Source: Moniliella sp. 'wahieum' (taxonomy: Eukaryota). From it: a stretch of 60,142 nucleotides of DNA. The position numbers and the translations under genes were made by a program. Shown piece after piece: positions 24,731 to 38,433 of this stretch. Location: positions 434,001 to 494,142 of the forward strand of contig RSEE01000050.1 of NCBI GenBank assembly GCA_003971905.1, in the 5' to 3' direction. Position 1 is the stretch's first letter. Every line of letters starts with the position of its first letter. The notes under the pieces were generated by a model. That model was not told where the DNA came from, did not search any database, and worked only from the letters and a program-made list of their open reading frames with translations.

Positions 24731-26931
24731 ATGTCCGACGCAGCAGCCCCCTTTATTCGCCTCGCCTCATCGGATCTGCTCCTATCACGACGATTTCCTG
24801 CCCAACGTTGTCACCCACCCCCCGGCCTCTGGCCCCTCGCCTCGTCAAGGGCCCAGTTTCCCCCCGCCTCCTCTACCCCGAGCGGAGTCCCGCTCGGAAC
24901 CTTCCGCCCTACGCGCAAAGGCAAGGCGACCACGACCTCCGCTTCCACTCGCTCAGGGAGAGGGCAAAGCGTAGCGAAAGCATGCACGAATTGCAAGCGT
25001 AGTCATTTAGCCTGCGATCTGGCCGTACGTGATCCCTCTGTTTGCTTTTATTGTTCACAGTGGTGGGGACTAACATGATGCATGATGCCTCTTTAGCGTC
25101 CGTGCCGACGATGTTGATGCTCGACAAGGCAGAGACTTGTGTGGATGTGCAACATAAAAAGCGCGGGCGGCCCCAAAGTAAGTATACGCTAACGAGCCAT
25201 ATGATGGATCCCGCCTCATTATTGGCTTCTGAGGGTCAGTCCGATGGGCGTCCTTCGCAGGCCCTCGGTGGGACGGCAGGTGGGCGTGGCACTATCAGCG
25301 GTCATGGGGGTGGCGGCGACAGCGGCAGTAGTTTCCCCCCGACCACGTCCACCGGCCTCACCTACGGCGTGCCGCATGACGCGCTTCAGCCACGTAGTAG
25401 GCCTGCACCGTTGCCATTTCCGCCGGCCATCCCTCCCCTCCCCCAGTTGGGATGCCGACGTCGAGTCCAACCACCCTCCCTACCAACCTACTCCGCCGCG
25501 CTTTTCCAGCCGCTGCCCGAACCCCAGTGGGATCGTCCTGCTCCTTTCCCTGCTGGCGATCCACCGTATTTCCCCATGGGCGAGAGTCCCTCGCGCCACT
25601 TCTTGGCCCATCGTCCTTCGGAACCGACGTTGCGTCGGTCTTGGACAGCGGCAAGCCGCGGTACAAGCCGTGGTTCCTGGACACGAGACGTACCCTCTCC
25701 CTATGCCCGGCACTTGGGCCACGCTCGCACCCCGAGTACCGACCCGCCTCCTCTTCGTTCGGTACCCCCACCGGCCCAGGGACGTTCCCTTGTTCCCCTT
25801 GACCATCTCGTATCGGTACGCCACCGCAGTGTGCCCAATCCGTGGCACAGCGAGTCTCGGCCTCCTTCGGCCGCCTCGCCCCTTGCACGGCCACGATTAG
25901 GTTCGGACGTTTCACCTCCCGTACGGCCGGGCATGGAGCCACGCACGTACCTGCCCCCGGGGGCGTTTCGACCGTTAGACTGCCCCCCCGGCACCTGCCC
26001 CCGCGCGGCGCGAGGAACGTGGTGGGCGACGAGCCAGTGCCGATCGTCTTTCCGATCCAACCAGGCCGAAGTCGCCGAGGTCGCCTCTCGACTGGGCACT
26101 GTCTTGCCTTCTTACCGTGCTCCTGGACGGGGCCTTAGCCCACCACCTTCTTACTACCCGGGCACCTCGACCTCCCATCCCGTGTTTGGTGCTGGGCCCC
26201 ATGTCTCGCAGGACCGTGTAGCGGGGTCCGCGACGGATGTGCCCAGTCCACCGTCTCGGTCCATCTCCCAAGCTGGCCTTAGCGCGGGGGCGGGGGGGCA
26301 GGGGTACGATGACCGTTGGGAGCCCGGCGGCGTGCCCGCTGCGGTATCGTATCCAGCCTTATCCCAACCTTCTGCCGCTCCTTGTCCCGCGCACTTGGTC
26401 GGTCAGCGTAGCGCCCGGTCACCGTTGGACTGGCCGAGCGGCCGGGGGCGACGGGCGTGTCAATTGGTCTGTACCACGGAGTACGAGGTGATCCGCGTCT
26501 CGCCCCAGGCGTCGGAGCTGCTGGGCCAGGCGGAAGAAGAGCTGGTACAACGTACCCTCTGGGACTTGGTCCATGACGATGACCGCGCCGCCTTGGACCA
26601 GCTCTGTGCCCGTGTGGCCCAAGACACCTGCGGGCCACCCCACCTTGTTGTCCTCTGATTTTTCCATCCGTCAACTTCGGGCTGCATTGGACGCTCCTTT
26701 GCCCACCTTACTGAGCCCGCAGTGGGCACGCGCGTTTGCTCGGGCCACCTCCGCATCCTCCCCGCTTCGCCACGCTCACGTGCCCCCCCACCTGCGGGGG
26801 CTTGGGCGGGGACCTGAGGTGAGCTGGAGGTGCAAGTCTACCTCGGCTGCTTCTTTGGCTTGTCCTTAGCCCAACCCCCCACGTTTTCCAAGACCTGCCT
26901 AGTTGCTACCTTGGCACGTCTTGATGCCTAA
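24731..26931 (+). CDS. Zn2Cys6 zinc-cluster transcription factor with C-terminal PAS-like domain (Ert1/Rds2/AcuK-like architecture)
   Basis: CTNCKRSHLACDLA|RPCRRC..DKAETCVDVQHKKRGRP after splicing intron 25025-25096. PAS-like LVCTTEYEVIRVS..ELLG..LVQRTLWDLVHDDD. C-terminus VYLGCFFGL..LARLDA*. Confidence 0.85.
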
Positions 26932-28275
26932 TATGTTGTTTGTTCCCGCACCCACCTTCCCTTATAATCGTTGAGGTTGCTGCCTCTTTGCCCATTTTCC
27001 TTACGCCTTTTTGCCCCCATTCTGCTCTCCATATCACGACCCGCATGCCCATTGTCACCTAAGACGTCCTCCTTCATACATGCAGCACCGCCGATGGCGA
27101 TCAGCCTGTTGGCTGCGAACCGGTACAAGTAGAAAACAGGTACACGGGCTGGACGGGACCACATGATAGAATCTCTCCTTGCCAGTGGTCCAGACCAGAG
27201 TGTTGACCACCAGTGGTTCAGAATCCATCCTTCAGTGACACGTCGTGTGTATCGGGACAGTGCGTCCCGGACCTTCCACGGGCTGAAGTCCACTGGCTTC
27301 CGGGCCCGGAACCTTTCACGGCCCACTTAGAGGTCTAGCTCTCCTTAGATCTGGAAGACCATATCTCCATTTCCCAACTCCTGCATCACTAGCTACATAG
27401 GCCCGTGACCCATCAGAGATGCACAATAGACCCCCAGTGGACTCATAAGCTCGAGTACTGACCTCCAAGAGGCAGCCACATCCCACCTCTTATGCAGACT
27501 ATGATGGCGCAAAACATACACGCGCGAGACTGCCTTAATCCTATCAGGCCTCCTAAAAAACTGGTAGTACAGCAGTATGATTGAAGACCTACGTCCTATT
27601 CTAGTACTCTGTCCATCCAGTTCCAGGTCCACTAAAGGAGTCCGGGAGAAGCGTTTCGCCAGGGCACCATCGCGGCGATACGCATAACACATGGTGGGGA
27701 GGGACAAGTATTACACTGCAAGCCGAGTCCGTCGCAGCAGGTCCAAAAAGTCCTCACCAACACTAAAACTAAGCCCAAACCACTGCCACCACAAAGACAG
27801 AACAGACAAGAGCCAATAAGTCAACAGCTAAAACCACAATAACCTGGGGGTGGGGAAGAAAAGTTCATAACGTTCATCCTGGCAAAAAACCCGAAACCAC
27901 GCATGAACAGGAAATAGGAAACAGGGAACAGGGAACAGGGACCAGAAGACTTGACATAGGAGAAGCATGGCCCTAGAGCCAATCGAACGAGCTAGGATCC
28001 CAACGGGATCAAGAAGCACTGCAGAACGTCGACGAACGAGGACGGAGCGTGGACCGAATTGCGTAGGATACAAAGAGTGTGGTTAAGGCGGGACGGGCGC
28101 GAGGGACTCAAGGGCGAGCGAGGCGCAAAGGAGCATGCGCCAGCACATGCGCGGAAAGCAGAGCCAAGAACCGAGGCACAGCCAAGGCAAGAAAGGCGTG
28201 CAAGGGGACCAAGAAGGTGGTACTTGGTGCAGTGGGAGGTCACATGTCACAGGCTACTGACCGGTCACATACATC

Positions 28276-31200
28276 TCACAAGCTCGGATCCAAGGTCCAC
28301 TTTGTCGCAAGGCGAGATGAAGGGATTAAAGGTGGCATGCGAGCCACGTTCATGGAAGAGGTTGATGCGCACTTGGCTGCCCATTGGTGGCCCTTGCCTT
28401 TCCTCGCCACGCCCGGCAAGCGGAAGCGGAAGAGAAGAGGAAGCGAAGCGGACACAGCTCCGCACGGAACTTGACTGTCTTTTTGGCACTGGTCCCGTAC
28501 CACGTAACCATACCGAGCCAGGCGGGCAAGAACGAGGAACAGGTGTATCCGCCATCGCCACCGAAACCACTTGGGAAAGCAGCGCCGACAACGTCTTCGC
28601 GTTGCGCCACATCCTCCGACGAGTAGAAGGTGTAGGACGTGGGCTTGCGGTTTGAAAATGCTGCCAAACCACGAAGCTTGGCGAGGACTCTGGATGCCAC
28701 CCGGCGTTTCAGGACCTGGGTAAGAGGCGGATCATCCTTGTGCCCCGTAATACGAATGGCCAGGCCCGGGTTGCGTTGCTGCAGACGGGTCAAACTCGGC
28801 TTTCTCCGGGGCTTTGTCGGAGGCACGTTCGCCGAGCCCCCCATAGCGTGCGTAGCGTCCGCACTTACAGCCCGTGCCGAAGACGCAATGGGAGGGACGA
28901 GGTCGAGCCAGCAGCGGAGGCGGGACGCGAGTAGATGCGCGATGACGGGCGGGAACCGGGCCCATTCGGATGAGGCTCCAAACCCAAAGCATTGGTCAGA
29001 GCACCCATACCCGTCGCACGGCCAAGAGAACCACCGGGAAAAGGATTGGGCGAGGAAAGGCCGTGCGGCCCGGGATCATTACCCCTGAGCCACTCCTGAA
29101 CAAGGGATTGGGATCCGTCGCTGCAGACCCTATCGCGGGGCTTCCGCATCCATTGGATGACCCAGTGACGCGGCGAGAGGAAGACGAGAGCTGTTGCCGG
29201 ATCCGGTGGGTAAGCCGGACGTGCCCATCGGGGGTGTATGGCTCATTCTTAGCCCGAGGGATAGATCCGGAAGGGAGCTCTTTGCCCCCCAGTGGGCTCA
29301 GCCGAAGAAGCCGCGGTGCTCGGCTCTTTGCCGAGGCGCGTGAAGGCAAGGCTAAAGTCGCCTTCGTTGGTGGGGTTGAAGGTAGAGAGGAAGGCAGTGA
29401 GGCCGGGGGAAATGGGAAGAGTATGGACTGCTGGTGCCGCTTCTGTTGGCGTTCAGAAAGAAGTCCCGCCGAGTTGGTCGTTGAAGTGCTGGACAGGGCT
29501 GCCGAACCACTTAACCGCCGGCTGAGTTCCCGTCCCGCTCCACCACTTTCTTCCCATCGCCTGCCGGGTTAGATTGGCTCGGCAACCCCAAACTTAAGAC
29601 TGATGCAGGCTTTGGGGAAAGGCAGGCGCAGGAGAATGACCTGCGGCAGTAGACTCGTAGCCTGACAAGACCGAAGTACGGCGACTAAAGAGGTAAGAGC
29701 CCGTCTCGGCTTGTGCATCGCCCAGTTCGGGCTCTCCCTCGTCCTCATCCGCATCCTGGAACCGATCGCTGCGGGGGGGTAGTACCATCTGACCGTCCAC
29801 GACTCATTGCACTGCTGGTAGATCCCCGCCGACTTGAACCGCCCAAACGTGCTGCCTCATATGCTGGGCTTGGGGGGACAGAAAGTTTTGCGCCTGCAGG
29901 TGAAGCGGTCCCAACCTGTTTGACCTCTCGCCTCCATGTTGACGGCAGCGCTGCTGGAGAGAGAGCAGGGGAAACTGGTGCCGACGCCAAGTGGATGGAA
30001 GCCCGCCGGCCAGATGTGGGATTCGAAGCTGTATTGGTCCGCCACAATCCTGCTTGGGCTTGGTCAATCTTGGCCTGAAGCCGGTTGCTACGCTCAGAGT
30101 TCCCTCCCTCTGCACGAAGAATGGCAAGTTCCGTTGCCACTTCGTGGAAGAAGCGCTGGGCTGCTGCGTCATCTCCGACATGTGGCAAGGCCGGGAGGGA
30201 TGGCGGTGCCCCCGCCTGGGCTGAATCACTGAGCGTGGCCCCACGCGCAAAGTGCACAGCGGGTTGGGGGGAAGAAGGGTCGATCGAAAGACGGCGAGCG
30301 CTCGATGGCCTTTCACTCGGAATAGCTGAAGCAGAAGATGTAGGGCAATGCGTTGTGTTGGGAGCCAAAGGAGTGTATGCGCCAAATCCAGGGCTGGTGG
30401 GGGTGGTAGGGACATGACGTTGTGCTTCGATCGCTGCGGCTGCTGATGGGGCAACGGGTGGGGCAGACGACAGAGACGGGCGACGAGCAGGCCCATCTCG
30501 CAGATTGTAAGCATGCAGGGAAGCTAGTGCCTCCGCTGCGACCCCCGCAGCCTGGGGCGTCACACCATTGGGGTGCGCCGCAAGTCGGGTTTGACCGCCG
30601 ATCTGGGGACTGCCAGTTGAGGTCAAGGGGGAGTGGGGGGCAACCACCTTGGTCGAGGTAGTGTGCAGCTCTTGTGGGAGTGGAGCCGGGCTCGAGCTGG
30701 GTGAGGAGGCAGCCGGGAATGCAGGGTTGGACGCGATGGAGGAAGCGTCAGGGTGAGGGCGAGAGTTCGGCGGTGCGGACGAGTTACCCAAATATGAATG
30801 CTCGGCGGCATACGTGCCTGTCGAACCGTTGGAAGAACCTGTGACCAAGTCCCATCCTCTTCCTCTTCCTCCTCCTCCTCTTCGGCAGCGAGCTGGTTTT
30901 CAGCAACAAACGGTGTAAAATCGTTTGGGCAAAGTATCCATCGGAGAAAAGCTCTGCCTGCAACTTTTCCTTGCTGTACCCTTGGAAGAGGAAGGTGAGA
31001 CCACGGAAAATGTCGTCCTCCTCCAGAGCAAGGGGAGTTCAATCGGGCCCGAATCGGTCACCACCGGCACAGGGTTGATTGATGACAAGCGGCCATAGTC
31101 GTTGAACCAAGGGTGGTGGAAGATTTCTGCCATCGTATAGCGTTTCCGTGGTCAACGACTAGCATGCGGCGGATTAGGTCCTTGGCCGCCTCGTCGCGTA

Positions 31201-32333
31201 GATGGCGTGGCATTTCAAAGCGGCCATCCTTTACCTTTTGCAGAAGGGTGCTCATGTTGGGGTCATCAAACGGCAAACGACCGCAGAGAAGGGCGAAGAG
31301 GATAATGCCGCATGACCAAATGTCGGTTGCGACCCACGTACGACTTGCCGCTTACAATCTCGGGAGAAGCGTAATGCGGACTGCCGCACGAGGTCTCCAA
31401 CATGCGGCCCGAATGCTGAAGTGCTGCCATGCCAAAGTCGGCAATCTTGACTTGGCGCTTGTCTTTGGACAGGAGTAGATTCTCGGGTTTGAGGTCGCGA
31501 TGGCAAATGTTGAAAGAGTGACAGTGGTCTACACCAAACATGATTTGGCGAAAGTAGTCGCGGGCAGTGTTAACCTCGAGGCGGCCGCAAGCGACGAGGT
31601 GATCAAACAACTCGCCTCCCTCGACATACTCCATAATAAGGTAGAGAACCTTCTTGGTCTCATACACATCAATGAGTGAGAGCAGGTTGTCGTGCTTGAT
31701 CAACTTCATCACAATGATTTCACGCTCAATACCGATTTCCATTTGGAGACGCTTCTGGACCTCAGGGCCCGAGCCCGTGGCGGCCAGCTTGGCCTCGAGC
31801 TGATAGCGGGGAATGATCTTGACGGCGACTTTGACACCCGTCTTGGCATGATGGGCGAGGCGCACTCGGCCTGGGAGACGGTCAGCACGAGCATGGTTAT
31901 AGAGGGGTGATAAGGGACAAACGTACCAGAAGCGCCGGTGCCAATCAGGGCGCCGATCTGCCATGGGCCGATGACGGCTGGGTCATTGAACTCGCGCTTT
32001 TTTTTCTTTCCAGGCGGGTGGGAGGACGGGGCCGGTCGGGACGGGGAAGAAGAGGCATGATGGTTGATGAGGGGGGCGGGCGCGGGTGGGGGGCGGCGAC
32101 TGGCGTGGACTGAGCCGGGGGGCGGAGGGGCAGGGGCAGGGGCAGGGGCATGGGCACGGATGGCCATGGCGGGGGCAGGTGCGGGGCTAGCCGAGGGGTG
32201 GGCGGGAGGGGACTGAGGCTGGGTGGAGCGCGGGGCGATGGGCAGGACGGCCGAGAAGCGAGGCACGGCGTGAGGTGGCGGCGTGGGTGGGCGAGGGGGC
32301 GCGGCGGGCGGATTGGAGCTGGGTGATGGCCAT
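28276..32333 (-). CDS. CAMKL Ser/Thr kinase, Hsl1/Gin4/Cdr2 (Nim1-related) type; frameshifted
   Basis: IGPWQIGALIGTGASG|RVRLA, VAVKII, GIEREIIVMKLIKH, CHRDLKPENLLL, KIADFGMAAL, LETSCGSPHYASPEIV and PFDDPN..LLQKVK. Long low-complexity region and KA1-like tail (VKFRAE..RINLFHERGS). Intron 31871-31926. Confidence 0.9.
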
Positions 32334-32979
32334 GGCGCAGGGGGGGGAGGAGGGGGGCGAGGGAGGGCGCGGAGAGGCGAGTGGTGAGGGGCGAGGCAAC
32401 TGGGCCTGAGGGCAGACACGCAGGTGTTGGCGTTTAGCCGGGAGCGGCTAAGCTGATGGCTGGCCTCGGCTGGCGCGTGGAGGAGGCAGGTGGTGCTGCG
32501 GGCGGAGCCAAGAGCAGCTGTGTGCACACAATCGGCCGCGGTGCGCGCCAAGTTGAACGTTCAAGCAAAGGTGAACGCCGAGCCTCGGCGCCAGCGGAGC
32601 AGCCAACGTCCAACGCCGATTGACGGTTTGGTGGATGGGCTTGCAGCTGGCGGCTGGGCGAGCTTGCGCTTAGTGCCTGGGTCCTCGGCCCTCTTGGCTA
32701 GGCACGAGGCACTCCCGAATTGCCCGGCACTTGCTCCCCGCCACGCGCACCCGCCCCGTAGTGCACCAGTGACTAGGGTCTCCGCCCACCACCCTGCTCT
32801 CTCAGATCTCAACCTCCCCGCGCTCCTCCCAATTGTGCCTTGATCCAGTCCCTGCCAGTCCCTGCCCACGCCCTCCAGTGGCCATCGGCCGGCGGCCATC
32901 TACGCGCCACGCCCTGCCACGCCGCCCCCATCACCATCACCCCATGCCCCATGTCACATGTCACATGCCACGGTCGCCC

Positions 32980-33003
32980 TCACGCGTCACGCGTCACGCG
33001 TCA
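32980..33003. repeat. 7-bp-period array TCA(CGCG TCA)x3
   Basis: Read directly from the sequence. Confidence 0.95.
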
Positions 33004-34912
33004 CGTGCCATCCCATCACCCTCTGCGCCGCCCTTTACTCTCCGATTCAGACTGAGCTACCGGCATGCTACCCACTCCTGGTTGCAGGCTACGTGGTACC
33101 GGCTGCTGCTTGCTGGCTACCGGTTCCCCCGGTTACCAGCTACCCTCCCGCAGCACACACCCTGTGCCGATTGCACCAATATCCACCACCTTCTCCTATC
33201 CACGATCCCGCCTTTGTGGCGCCGTCTCATCGATCAACAAGTCCATGCCAGGCCGCGACAGGCAGACAGAGGCCGCCCTAGGCCGTCACGCTGTTCATTC
33301 CAGCTGCGTCCCACACACAACTGCCCACCGGATGTCCCACACCAGCGGGCACCAGCACACACCAGCCCACACCCAGCCCCCCGCCGCAAAATTCCTGCCG
33401 TCGATCTTGGCCGCAGACGGCCCTGCCAGTACAGTCCCCGTGTTGGCCCGTTCCAATTTCAAAGGCTAGCAGTTGCGATGTCAAACGTTCAAAGTTAGCG
33501 TGCCCACGCTGAGCGATCGCTGATCGATGAGATGCAACAGGTAAAAGAAGAAGCGAGGATCTAGCCACAGGGCCAGTATAGGTTGGTCGTGTTGGTCTTC
33601 AGCTGCCCGCTCCGTCCTTCGGCCATGTCCGCAAAAGTCAGCATAATCGCCACCATCCCTCCGCCCCCATCTTCCACCACCACCCACCCACTTTGCCCTC
33701 AAGACTCAGGGACCTAACTCAGTACTCACTCCTCCTTGGCCACTACCCAAGACCACCGGCCAACGAGCCTAGACCCACTACCCATATACCACTTGACCAT
33801 TTCTCTTTGGCTGATGCCTCCAGTCGGGCCTCAGTACTCAGTCTGAGTACTGAGACTCAGTATGCATCTGTTTTCTCCCCATTCTGTCTGCGCTGCATCC
33901 GCACAAGCCTGCAGGCCCGATTTGAGACTTCTCCACGTTCAACACATTCAACACGCAATGCGCGTACATTGAACATACTGAGCATTACACTGAGTACTGA
34001 GTACTGAGTCGTGAGTTCTTATTAGTGGTCCAACAGAGGATGTTGGAAGGCAGGTATTGATCTCGTTAAGGTACACCTTTTCCCCCAAATATGAGCTAAG
34101 CCGCTGGTAATGGTGGTACGCGCGAGCTCCTAGAGAGCAGCTTCGACGCCCCACTGAGCACTGAAGGCTGGAGCCGGTGGGAATCGAGTGGGTCTGCAAG
34201 ATGGATTGAGCCAACTCACAGTCTGAGCGCTCAGGAAAAGGTTTATCAGCGAAGAATCCACCCTTGCAGTCAGGAATCCGGGAGGCCTCTCATGATCTCA
34301 TCGTCGATGTCATCAGCTGCATCAACCAGAGAGGGAGAATGCGGGAGACTATGCGTTTTCGCCCTTCTGCTACAGCTTCTGCCCAACGTGCGTGCTGAGA
34401 CTTATTGCCGCGTCGCGCGTCAAGCGGCAAGCTTCAAGTGAGACGCCTCCGCTGCTTTCCTAATGTAGCCTCTGTTCTTGCTCTGGTTGCGAGGGTTGTG
34501 TCTCACTTCTGCTTCTACTCCTCTCGCTTCTCGCCGCTGTGTTTTTGTCCCTCTTTTCTGCTCTGGGCATGCTCCGCTAATATGCCCATTTCCTAGTCAG
34601 TTGCGGACACCGGAGCGGCCATGCAGGTTCCACGTTGCACACGAAGACATATACTACCTCAGGCTTCAGCCGCTCACTGTTAACATGTAACACACTAGCT
34701 CGGACGCCGGCCCCTTTTATCACTCAGGAAAGCGTCGCGGCAATTCGGCACTGGCTTGGATTGTTTATACCGCCTTTTATGCCGAGTGGATCTGTTGGGA
34801 CTTTGAGGGGTGTAGCTCCGTTCCTGAAACACTGTGTGGTATACAAGTTGGTATACCTTAACATGCATAATCTCCCTCAAGCAGGTGGCGCGCAAGACGG
34901 TCACAGGTTTGT

Positions 34913-35032
34913 TGGCGATTCCTCTGGTTTCCTAAATAACGAGCTTGGCGCCAACCACAACTCACACGCCGGATCATGAGCAAGTCGATTTCGGTGCAGC
35001 GTTTCTTTCACCCAGCCTTAAGTCCTGTCAAT
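34913..35032 (+). repeat. Third, more degraded copy of the MITE-like family
   Basis: TGGCGATTCCTCTGG..CACACGC..ATGAGCAAGTC..TTTCGGTGCAGCGTTTC..CCCAGCCTTAAGTCCTGTCAAT, colinear with 9100-9218 and 20576-20688. Confidence 0.65.
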
Positions 35033-35319
35033 ATGTCAATGTTCTGGGCCACAGTGTAGAAGGATGCATCCAGAAAGGCAATGCTCTTGTGGATACCGAC
35101 AGCTTTTTGGACAAAAAATATGATATTGATTGATAATAACGTGTGACGAGTAGGTCAAGGAGATGTGTAGCACAAAGAAGGTTGGGCACTCTTAAAAACA
35201 AAGACGAGGAGGAATCTACAGGCATAGGGGGCACAAAGTAGGATGGGCACGGGGGCGCGGGCGTAGGGGGGGGACAAACGCCAAATCAAACCCAGTTGGA
35301 AGGACAGGATAGAGGGGAT

Positions 35320-36933
35320 TCAGATCCCATTGTTAACCACGATCTGGGGACCCGACAAAGGGATCACCGACTCGGCTCGCTTCAAGGACGGAGAAGCAAC
35401 ATCCAACACGAGGTCTAAGCTATTGGTCGCAGCGCCCTTGGGAGAAGGGCCGCCGAGGCCCAAGCCAACCACGTCGAGATCAATGTCACCCTGATCCACC
35501 GGCAACTCCCCATTTGCCGAGGGTAGGGGCGACATGAAGGTACACGGTGTGAGGGGGCCCTCATCATCGTCGTCGGAATTGAGTGTCGACATGGAGCGGG
35601 GTGTGAGCCACAAACTTGGCGTCGGCGACATGACTCCTGCTTCCATGCCGGGAAGACCCACGGTGCCTCCGTAAGGTGGCGTACAGACCGACGGCGTCTG
35701 CACAGTCTTGCTCTTCGGGGAAGGCGTGAGAAGCATCTGACCACTGGAGCGCGTGCGTTGAAACGCGGCGCGGACAAGAGCGTAAGCATCCGAGTGTTTA
35801 CGGTACAGGATGCCCGACATGGAGTCCGTGGCAAGGTGTGGTGTAGCGAGGTAGCTGCCTGCGCCGTCTCGGGGTCGAGCACGCGCTTGGCGTGTGCCAC
35901 CGTCGCAGATAGAGGTTCAGATGATGAGTGAATGAGCTGAGCGAGCCACAGACTTGCCCGCGCCACTGCACTGGGCGCGATGGGGATGAGATCACGATGG
36001 TACAAGCTCAGTTCCATGAGCAACCGTGCCACTGCTGCCACATTCACGGTGGATGACGAGTCGGACGGCGAACTGTGACGGGAGAGGTAGATGCGTAGCC
36101 AGGTCTCGTGCGAGGGCCCCCCACAGGAATAGTTCAGGGTTGACAAGATGTGGGACTCCATTTGATGGAATGCCGACTCCTCCAGCGAGTTGCAGCACAT
36201 GACGGCCAACTCGCTCGCGGAAGGCACGGTGTCCTTTGCGTCTTCGTACTTGGATGCAATCCACATAGCCGCCGCACCTGCAAGCTGGTAATGCTTTTTG
36301 AGCACCACCCTCCTGCTGAGGTAGCGATCCAGTAGCCCACGCTCACATAGAGTGTTTCTGGCTCAAACTGGAACGTGGCGTGCATCTCGATGAGGAAGTC
36401 GATCAAAAAGGTTCTCATCGCCCAAGACACCTCAGGCTGAGAGTCCATCATGGCCAAATCGGGTTTGTTTTTCTGCTGTAGAACGGGTACTGTCAGTTAA
36501 TATGAAAGCTCTTCCTTGTACACAGCAAAGAGCCACTTACTTCAAGGCGGAGCATGTGAGCCACAATTTCGTCCGCATACTCATCATCAAAGATATCCAT
36601 CTTTGACGATGCAGAGCGCCGCAGGCGTTCTCGCCTGGTAAGCGCGGGCGGCAGGGCTGGGGGAAAGGGAGTTTGGGTCAAATCGGCAAGCACAGCAGGC
36701 TTGGACGACATTGACGTAGAAGATGAGATGGAATGGGCCTCCAGGGCCTGGGGCAGGGGTGTACTCTTGGGCACATCGTGGGATGCAAGCGGAAGGGCGG
36801 CTGCAGAAATGCTGTGTGAGACAGGGTGATTGTGGTTGCTGGAAGAATTGCGACGCATGGCAGTCGACGCGGCTGCCGATGCGGCTGCGGCTGGAGGGTG
36901 GAGACGCATGGAGTGGCGCTTGGTGACTGCCAT
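35320..36933 (-). CDS. G1-type cyclin (basidiomycete Cln1-like) with Ser/Pro/Thr-rich PEST-like tail; frameshifted
   Basis: DDEYADEIVAHMLRLE|..KPDLAMMDSQPEVSWAMRTFLIDFLIEMH, ETLYVSV, HYQLAGAAAMWIASKYEDAKD, FHQMESHILSTL and ARLLMELSLY. Intron ~36476-36540. Confidence 0.9.
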
Positions 36934-38412
36934 CAGGCTGCCACGGCGTGCCGAGTGGGTGGCACTCGATACAGAGTGGGCACTGTGGGAGCGGACAAGG
37001 CGAGTGTCGTGGGGGCAGCAATCATGTTTGCTTGCTGGCGAGTGCGAGCAGATCTGGCAACGGGAGGGGGACGACAGAGGGCAGTACACAGTACTGCTGT
37101 GCGTTGGCGGGGGGAAGGGGAAAGGGGAAGGAGGAAGGGGATAGGCAAAAGAATGTGTCTCGCAGCGGAGAGGCTGCAGGGGCGGGGCCGTGTAACGGGC
37201 GCGGGAAAGGGAAGTGGAAGGGGAAGGGGAAGGAGAGGAGGAGGTGGGGTGGTGGAGAGGATCAAGTGGGGAGATGGACAAACGGAAGGGATTGGTTGCG
37301 GCCGCTTTGTATGGTTGGGCCACACACGCCGTCTGCGAGCGCACGCAAGTGTGGGTCAGAATTCGATGCGCACTGGGGCCTTCTAACCTTACAACGAGGC
37401 AAAAGCGCTAAACGCACTGAAGGCCTTAAGCGAGCTGATCGGTGGTGGGTGATGTCCACCGATGATTGTGGGCTAGCGACTAAGTGAAGTGTGACATGTG
37501 ACACATGTGACATGAGACAGGCACCAAGTGACTGTCGGATACCGCGTACCAGCCATCCGCCGTGGCGCGTGGCAATATGTAGCTGATCGGCCCTCGGCAC
37601 TCCAGGCTCCAGGCTCCAGGCTCCAGGCCTCCAGGTACTCCCATCGGCTAGCGACCCTATCACCTATCGACAACGCCAGGCTCAGGTATTACTCAGTACC
37701 CCATGTGGCATGCTCACGCGCTGATGCCTTTGGTACGTTTCGCGTTATGCGCTACACGGAACGCGTAACCGCTTTGCCCTGTCTCCTGGTCACCTGGTCA
37801 CCGACCGTCGATCACCGATCATCGCCGTTGCGGGAGTACGTGCCGGCACGGGCGAGATCTGCAACGACGGGGCAGAGGATGGGGAAGTTGCACTGCTTCC
37901 CTTTGGGTGGCATGCACCTGATATTCATATTCACCGCTCAGGGCGAGAGCGAGTCGAGTACTCCTCAACGTCTCTCAACGTTCAGTACGTTCAACGTTCA
38001 ACGAGTACTGCGTACGTTGTGTACAGAGTATATATCAGAGAACATTTTTGCTACAGCGGCTACTGGGTAGTGACGTCCTGGTCCACCCGGCTATGAAGAC
38101 CGCAATGCAATGGCTCTCAAGCGTAGGAGAGTAGGCGATCGATTGCGGGCGGGATATAGGCGTTGGTTCGTGGGAAGCAGGACGAGGGCTACAGGAGAAG
38201 GCCACTACTGGTCGTTGGCTTGCTTACGCGCTTACGCGGGTACGCGCGCATCATGCATCTGCATCAGCAGTCTTCGCAGCCCGCGGTGCCACGGTGCTAG
38301 TGAGCTAGTGAGGCTTGAGGCCGGCAGTGCGCCGCGATCGGTGAAGCCAGTCACCGTCGCAACAACGGGCTTGCTTCTCTGATGTTGTGCACCCAGTCTT
38401 GGATACGAGTAG

Positions 38413-38433
38413 TAACTAGTAACTAGTAACTAG
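38413..38433. repeat. 7-bp-period array (TAACTAG)x3
   Basis: Read directly from the sequence. Confidence 0.95.

Noticed and set aside
26928..27707. Minus-strand ORFs of 132 and 104 aa as a possible retroelement remnant
   Set aside because: No diagnostic RT, integrase or endonuclease motif was identifiable.
31975..32400. Extremely G-rich tract suggesting G-quadruplex arrays
   Set aside because: Explained by the antisense of the Pro/Ala-rich kinase N-terminus. Likewise, the G7-T-G11 run at 17704-17722 is only a homopolymer.
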